From NCBI GenBank assembly GCA_965116495.1, contig OZ220696.1:1792001-1856000 (forward strand): a stretch of 64,000 nucleotides of DNA, written 5' to 3'. The stretch comes from Gammaproteobacteria bacterium (GTDB lineage: Bacteria > Pseudomonadota > Gammaproteobacteria > Eutrophobiales > Eutrophobiaceae). The notes beneath the pieces were generated by a model that saw nothing but the letters and a program-made list of their open reading frames with translations, was not told the origin of the DNA and ran no database searches. Shown piece after piece: positions 59,251 through 64,000 of this stretch (its first letter is position 1; the number at the start of each line of letters is the position of its first letter). The position numbers and the translations under genes were made by a program.

Positions 59251-59293
59251 GGGGCCAGAGTAAGAAATTCGATAGAATTTTTACTCTGGCCCC
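59251..59293. repeat. Family A palindrome with a compensatory change, supplying the DUF971 stop codon
   Basis: GGGGCCAGAGTAAGAAATTC...GAATTTTTACTCTGGCCCC; an extra half copy GGGGTCAGAATAAAA lies at 59196. Confidence 0.9.
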
Positions 59294-59679
59294 AGGTTCT
59301 GTGTGACCTGGCGAGTGTAACCCGCTTTTTCCAGCGCCGCCAGGTATGACTGCCAGTGTTGCTCCCGATTTGCTCCCAGTTGATAAAGATAATCCCAGGT
59401 ATAAATGCCGGAATTATGTCCGTCATCAAAACACAGCTTCAGCGCGTAACTCCCCATGGGCTCAAGCGCGTCGATATTCACATTCTCCTTGCCTGTCTGT
59501 AATATCTCCTGGCCCGGACCATGCCCGCGCACTTCGGCAGAAGGCGAATAAACCCGCAGCAACTCGCAACTCAGGCTGAAACTTTTCCCGTCAGCGTACT
59601 CCAGCACCAGCAAACGCGACTTTTTCTTCAGGCTGACTGATATCGGCCTCGTGGTATCTGTTTCGCTTGCCGCAGGCAT
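59281..59679 (-). CDS. DUF971 (gamma-butyrobetaine hydroxylase-like N-terminal domain) protein
   Basis: ELLRVYSPSAEVRGHG, MGSYAL..FDDGHNSGIYTW. Confidence 0.9.
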   Translation of the reverse strand: MPAASETDTTRPISVSLKKKSRLLVLEYADGKSFSLSCELLRVYSPSAEVRGHGPGQEILQTGKENVNIDALEPMGSYALKLCFDDGHNSGIYTWDYLYQLGANREQHWQSYLAALEKAGYTRQVTQNLGPE

Positions 59680-59691
59680 TACAGTAGTTGG

Positions 59692-61011
59692 TCAGAGAAT
59701 ATACTTTGTCAAATCCTCATCCTTGATCAGGTCATCCAGGTGCTCGGCCACGTATCGGGCATCTATCCTGATTGATTTTTCTCCCTGGTCGGGCGCTTCA
59801 AAGGACAGGCTTTCAAGCAGGCGCTCCATAACCGTGTGCAAGCGCCGGGCGCCGATGTTTTCCGTAGACTCATTGACCTGCCAGGCAATTTCGGCAATGC
59901 GGGCAATACCGTCTTCGGAAAACGATAACTCCACCTGTTCGGTTTGCATAAGCGCGGAATATTGCTGTGTCAGTGAAGCATCGGGCTCAACCAGGATGCG
60001 GCTGAACTCGGCCACGCCCAGGGCATCGAGCTCCACCCGTATCGGCAACCTCCCCTGCAGTTCGGGTATCAGGTCGGAAGGTTTGGAAAAGTGAAACGCG
60101 CCGGAGGCAATAAACAGGATATGGTCCGTTTTGACCATGCCGTATCTTGTCGTTACGGTGGAACCTTCCACCAGCGGCAGCAAATCACGTTGTACGCCTT
60201 CCCTGGAAACATCTGCGCCGCTGACCTCGGCGCGCCGCGTCACCTTGTCAATCTCGTCCAGGAAAACCAGGCCGTTCTGCTCTACGTTCTCCAGTGCCCT
60301 GACCTTGATCTCATCTTCGTTCACCAGTTTCGCGGCCTCTTCCTCGGCAAGGATCTTGAGCGCTTCCTTGATCCTCAGCTTCCTGGTGCGTTTTTTTTCG
60401 CTGCCCATACTCTGGAACAGGCCCTGCAACTGGCTGGTCATCTCCTCCATTCCCGGCGGCGCCATGATCTCGACACCGATCGCCGGCATATTCACTTCCA
60501 CCTCGATTTCCTTGTCATTCAACTGGCCGGAATTGAGCATCGCGCGGAACTTGTCCCTGGTCGAGTTGGCCTGTTCTTCTTCCGGGCCCATCCTGGCGCC
60601 CGGTAACAGGATATCCAGCACCCGGTTTTCCGCGGCCAGTTCGGCCCGGTCCCGTACTTTTTCCAGTTCCTCTTCACGGGTCATCTTCACTGCGACATCC
60701 GCCAGGTCCCGCACGATGGATTCGACGTCCCTGCCGACGTAGCCCACTTCGGTAAACTTCGTTGCCTCAATCTTGATGAAAGGGGCATTCGCCAGCTTGG
60801 CCAGACGTCTCGCTATTTCCGTTTTTCCGACACCGGTGGGGCCGATCATGAGGATGTTCTTGGGCGTAATCTCGTTTCTTAATTCTTCGCTGACCTGGGC
60901 GCGCCGCCAGCGGTTTCGTAACGCTATCGCTACCGCGCGCTTGGCTGCATCCTGACCGATAATATGTTTATCCAGTTCGGCTACGATCTGTTGCGGTGTC
61001 AGTTCTTCCAT
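59692..61011 (-). CDS. hslU: HslUV protease ATPase subunit
   Basis: [39 protein letters not shown]. Confidence 0.97.
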   Translation of the reverse strand: MEELTPQQIVAELDKHIIGQDAAKRAVAIALRNRWRRAQVSEELRNEITPKNILMIGPTGVGKTEIARRLAKLANAPFIKIEATKFTEVGYVGRDVESIVRDLADVAVKMTREEELEKVRDRAELAAENRVLDILLPGARMGPEEEQANSTRDKFRAMLNSGQLNDKEIEVEVNMPAIGVEIMAPPGMEEMTSQLQGLFQSMGSEKKRTRKLRIKEALKILAEEEAAKLVNEDEIKVRALENVEQNGLVFLDEIDKVTRRAEVSGADVSREGVQRDLLPLVEGSTVTTRYGMVKTDHILFIASGAFHFSKPSDLIPELQGRLPIRVELDALGVAEFSRILVEPDASLTQQYSALMQTEQVELSFSEDGIARIAEIAWQVNESTENIGARRLHTVMERLLESLSFEAPDQGEKSIRIDARYVAEHLDDLIKDEDLTKYIL

Positions 61012-61565
61012 TATTTTGTTGCTCCTTCCGAGGGCAGTTCCTCGATCGTGATGTTACGGTTCGTATAAATACAGATATCCGCGGCAATGGCCAACGCCTT
61101 CTCAACAATCCCGCGCGCATCCATCTCGGTATTTTCCCGTAGCGCCTGTGCTGCGGCCTTGGCATAAGCTCCTCCGGAACCGATGGCCATTATCCCGGTT
61201 TCAGGTTCTATTACGTCGCCATTCCCGGAGATAAGAAGCGAATTGGATTTATCGACGACACACAGCATGGCCTCCAGGCGCCTCAACATCCTGTCGGTGC
61301 GCCAGTCTTTGGCCAGTTCAACCGCGGAACGCACCAGGTTGCCCTGGTACGACTCCAGTTTGGCCTCGAAGCGTTCAAACAATGTGAACGCATCCGCAGT
61401 CCCACCGGCAAATCCTGCCAGCACCTGGTCTCGATAAAGCTTCCGTATCTTGCTGGCATTGCCTTTCATGACGGTATCGCCAAGCGACACCTGGCCATCT
61501 CCACTTACTACCACCTTATCGCCGCGTCGAACCGACAGGATCGTTGTTCCTCTGAATTGTTCCAA
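61011..61565 (-). CDS. hslV: HslUV protease peptidase subunit
   Basis: [32 protein letters not shown]. Confidence 0.97.
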   Translation of the reverse strand: MEQFRGTTILSVRRGDKVVVSGDGQVSLGDTVMKGNASKIRKLYRDQVLAGFAGGTADAFTLFERFEAKLESYQGNLVRSAVELAKDWRTDRMLRRLEAMLCVVDKSNSLLISGNGDVIEPETGIMAIGSGGAYAKAAAQALRENTEMDARGIVEKALAIAADICIYTNRNITIEELPSEGATK

Positions 61566-61656
61566 TCACTTTCTCCGGATCACAAATTTCGCATTTTATC
61601 AGAAAGCGGGATGTAACAACTATCGGTTATCCAGGACAACCAGCGTCATCTGCGGA

Positions 61657-62754
61657 TTATTTTCCTGGTACCTGGTGCCTGATTATGTGATCCGCCGCCT
61701 TCCTGAGTTCCCGGCTGATCGATTTGATAGTGTTCCCGGTTACCATGATGGTCAATATCGGCTGGCCTTGTTTTATTTTGGTGCCCTGTGCCGGAATGTC
61801 TGCAATCGTGAACCCTTCCCGCGTGAATTCCTTAAACACCAGGTCCTGCGGGGCATACAGGATAGCCTTGCCGAACAACCGGCGAGGAACCTGGGCTTCA
61901 ATGCCGATCAAGCGGTTTCCACAGGCACCAGAATGTAATTTTATGGCATGGATGCCGAGGGCCAATTCCAGCACCTCAACCGATGCGGTGTACCGGGGGT
62001 TAACCTCAACGGGATATATTTTATCCCCTTGTCTGATTGCATCGATACCGAATAACCCCCTTAATCCAAATTCCCCGGTGACGACCGCCCCCATCCTGTT
62101 CCATTGTTTCGTGTCTGAAGCGTCCAGGACTACCGGGCCGATGCTGCCGCAATAACCGAACTCTCTCGCATGGAACTCCGGCATGCCGATTAATTGTCGC
62201 GTCACTCCCAATAATCGGCAGTCACCCCGGCCACCGATATAGACTGCCGAAAAGCTGTCGCCCGTGAGGTATTGCTGCAGGTAACAGTCTGCCCCGGCAT
62301 TCCTGCCATCATGGAACCCGACGCCGATACCGCCGGAACCGGACCGGGGTTTAATGAGCCAGTCAGAGGGGGTCGCCACCAGGCCGGCGCCGGTTCTTAT
62401 GTCCGGACAGGGGATACGGTTACGTCTGAATACCTCATGTAATCCGGACGGGTCCCGAACCCTGCGGCAAACCGGCATCATATTACCCAGTAATGTCCGT
62501 TGCCTGCATAGTTCCTCCAGGACGCCCGGATGATTTTCCAGCGCCCCGGTAAAGACGAAAGGCGCATCGGGCGCATTGCCGATCAGTGCAATTGCCTGCT
62601 TGGGATATCCGGTAATTATTTCCCCCGGGAAACGTTGCCGCAGGTCTTCATCCCCGAACTGATCAAGCCAGTACGGCGTATATCCGGCCCGGTGTGCGGA
62701 AAAAGCGGCCGCCCTGGCGCTGGCGCCGATGATAATTAGTGGTTTATTACTCAT
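61657..62754 (-). CDS. ATP-grasp protein (COG2232/Orf9-like, C1-cofactor linked)
   Basis: IIGASARAAAFSA.RAG, DQFGDEDL, WLIKP..GSGG.G, FGYCGSIGP, EVNPRYTAS. Confidence 0.72.
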   Translation of the reverse strand: MSNKPLIIIGASARAAAFSAHRAGYTPYWLDQFGDEDLRQRFPGEIITGYPKQAIALIGNAPDAPFVFTGALENHPGVLEELCRQRTLLGNMMPVCRRVRDPSGLHEVFRRNRIPCPDIRTGAGLVATPSDWLIKPRSGSGGIGVGFHDGRNAGADCYLQQYLTGDSFSAVYIGGRGDCRLLGVTRQLIGMPEFHAREFGYCGSIGPVVLDASDTKQWNRMGAVVTGEFGLRGLFGIDAIRQGDKIYPVEVNPRYTASVEVLELALGIHAIKLHSGACGNRLIGIEAQVPRRLFGKAILYAPQDLVFKEFTREGFTIADIPAQGTKIKQGQPILTIMVTGNTIKSISRELRKAADHIIRHQVPGK

Positions 62755-62783
62755 GCGTTACCATTATAATGTCGAGTATCCGA

Positions 62784-62810
62784 ACGGGGATGGATTTAAG
62801 TCCGTCCCGT
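62784..62810. repeat. Family B palindrome (degenerate)
   Basis: ACGGGGATGGATTTAAGTCCGTCCCGT in a divergent intergenic region. Confidence 0.75.
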
Positions 62811-62862
62811 AAAGTTTGACAACGAGGTTAGATTTGACAGCCGTCCCCTTCCTCCGATAGTT

Positions 62863-63795
62863 ATGCAACAAATCGCTATCTTCTCCGAGAATGACGGTTG
62901 GCACGAACAGCGACTGGCAGACGCATTCAACCGCTATGGGGCGCAGACGCAGGTAATGCCACTGAGGGATTGCCGTATCGGTTTTGAGCAAAGCCTGACG
63001 GGGCTTCGTATTCCCGGCTTTCTCGACACTCTGCCGGATGCCGTCTTTGTGCGGGCCGTTGCCGCGGGAAGTTTTGAAGAAGTAACATTCAGACTGGATA
63101 TCCTTCACGCTTTGAAACAATCCGGTGTTGTTGTCTACAACGACGCCGGCGCTATTGAACGTACCGTGGACAAGGCCATGACCAGCTTCCTGCTGGTTAA
63201 AAATCGGGTTCCCACTCCGCTCGTCTGGGTCTGTGAAACCGCGCAAGCCGCCCACGACGTCATTCATACACAACTGGAAAAAGGGCATTCTATCGTACAA
63301 AAACCCTTGTTCGGCAATTGCGGACGCGGCCTGCAACTGATCGAATCGGAGGATTATCAACTGGACGCGGACCTGGTCAACGGTGTCTATTACCTGCAAC
63401 AATTTATCGACCAGGACGATCACAATGGCCGCGACTGGCGTGTTTTTGTCATCAATCACCGGGCTGTCGCGGCCATGGAACGTATTTCCGAGCACTGGGT
63501 CACCAACCGCGCCCGCGGCGGCAAGTGCCTGCCGGCCGTTCTCACCCCGGCATTGCGGCAACTGGCCGAAGCTGCTTCGAAGGCAACCGGCATCCTGTAT
63601 GGTGGCGTTGACATCATTCGCGACGTCCAAGGCAACTACCTGGTGCTGGAAGTCAACAGCGTACCGGCGTGGCGGGGTCTGCAGTCAGTCTGCCCGACTG
63701 ATATTGCCGAGCTGCTGGCCAGGGACCTGACAGGACGCCGATCGGTCATTCCTGCCCCGTTCGCCGTTCCGGGCTTGACCCGGAATCCAGTGTGA
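62863..63795 (+). CDS. RimK-family alpha-L-glutamate ligase (methylotroph Orf5-like)
   Basis: FVRAVAAGSFEEVTFRLDILHAL, AIERTVDKAMTSFLL, KPLFG, DWRVFV, WVTNRARG, LEVNSVPAW. Confidence 0.82.
   Translation: MQQIAIFSENDGWHEQRLADAFNRYGAQTQVMPLRDCRIGFEQSLTGLRIPGFLDTLPDAVFVRAVAAGSFEEVTFRLDILHALKQSGVVVYNDAGAIERTVDKAMTSFLLVKNRVPTPLVWVCETAQAAHDVIHTQLEKGHSIVQKPLFGNCGRGLQLIESEDYQLDADLVNGVYYLQQFIDQDDHNGRDWRVFVINHRAVAAMERISEHWVTNRARGGKCLPAVLTPALRQLAEAASKATGILYGGVDIIRDVQGNYLVLEVNSVPAWRGLQSVCPTDIAELLARDLTGRRSVIPAPFAVPGLTRNPV
63745..63790. repeat. Family D-derived sequence forming the RimK-like C-terminus
   Basis: GTCATTCC...CGCCGTTCCGGGCTTGACCCGGAATCCAG encodes VIPA...VPGLTRNP. Confidence 0.72.
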
Positions 63796-63868
63796 TATTG
63801 TGTCGTCCCCGGACCCAACAGCAGGGCCGGCTGTGTAACTTCCATAGGGTTTACTCTAAAATAGAGGA

Positions 63869-64000
63869 ATGATTGAACGTACCCCCCTTGCGCTGGTTGA
63901 CACGATCATCACCGAATTCAACAAAATGGCGTTTGTCAGCGGGCCGCGCCAAGTCGGTAAAACAACGCTGGCGCAACATTATCAGCGAGGGTTCAGCCAA
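63869..64000 (+). CDS. AAA-family ATPase (AAA_14/DUF4143-type), partial
   Basis: Hand translation MIERTPLALVDTIITEFNKMAFVSGPRQVGKTTLAQ contains the GPRQVGKT Walker A; GAGG RBS upstream; runs off the window. Confidence 0.78.
   Translation, partial: MIERTPLALVDTIITEFNKMAFVSGPRQVGKTTLAQHYQRGFSQ

Noticed and set aside
62764-63630. Long antisense ORFs (288 aa here; also 51519-52469, 45435-46415, 758-1537)
   Set aside because: They are shadows of well-supported genes on the opposite strand, as expected in GC-rich DNA.
1-64000. tRNA, rRNA, prophage, integrase or transposase genes
   Set aside because: None was recognisable by eye; a tRNAscan-SE/Infernal/ISEScan run would be needed to exclude them formally.

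Overview
A 64 kb chromosomal window, most likely from a Gammaproteobacterium judging by gene content and order. The backbone is housekeeping: tsaC-purE-topA-dprA, def-fmt-rsmB, DUF4390-ntrY-ntrX-trkA-trkH, pyrD, a Pot-type ABC transporter, gpsA-secB-yibN, gpmI-envC-ctpA, ubiEJB and hslVU. Two TonB-dependent-receptor (TBDR) catabolic loci with Tat-exported enzymes lie at 1-13.7 kb and 22.2-34.7 kb; the second splits rsmB from DUF4390. Near the right end are two ATP-grasp genes resembling methylotroph/planctomycete C1-cofactor genes. I saw no rRNA, tRNA, CRISPR array, integrase or transposase. The most unusual signal is a dense set of short palindromic repeat families (GGGGTCAGAGT-, GGGGAC-, CCGCAGATGACGCAGAT- and GTCATTCCGG-type) and ~230-250 bp MITE-like elements. 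They show compensatory stem changes, stuttered duplications and shared nested hairpin modules. They repeatedly supply stop codons, start codons or terminal peptides to genes, and TopA carries a possibly related in-frame duplication. All product calls come from motif recognition by eye; no database search was run.
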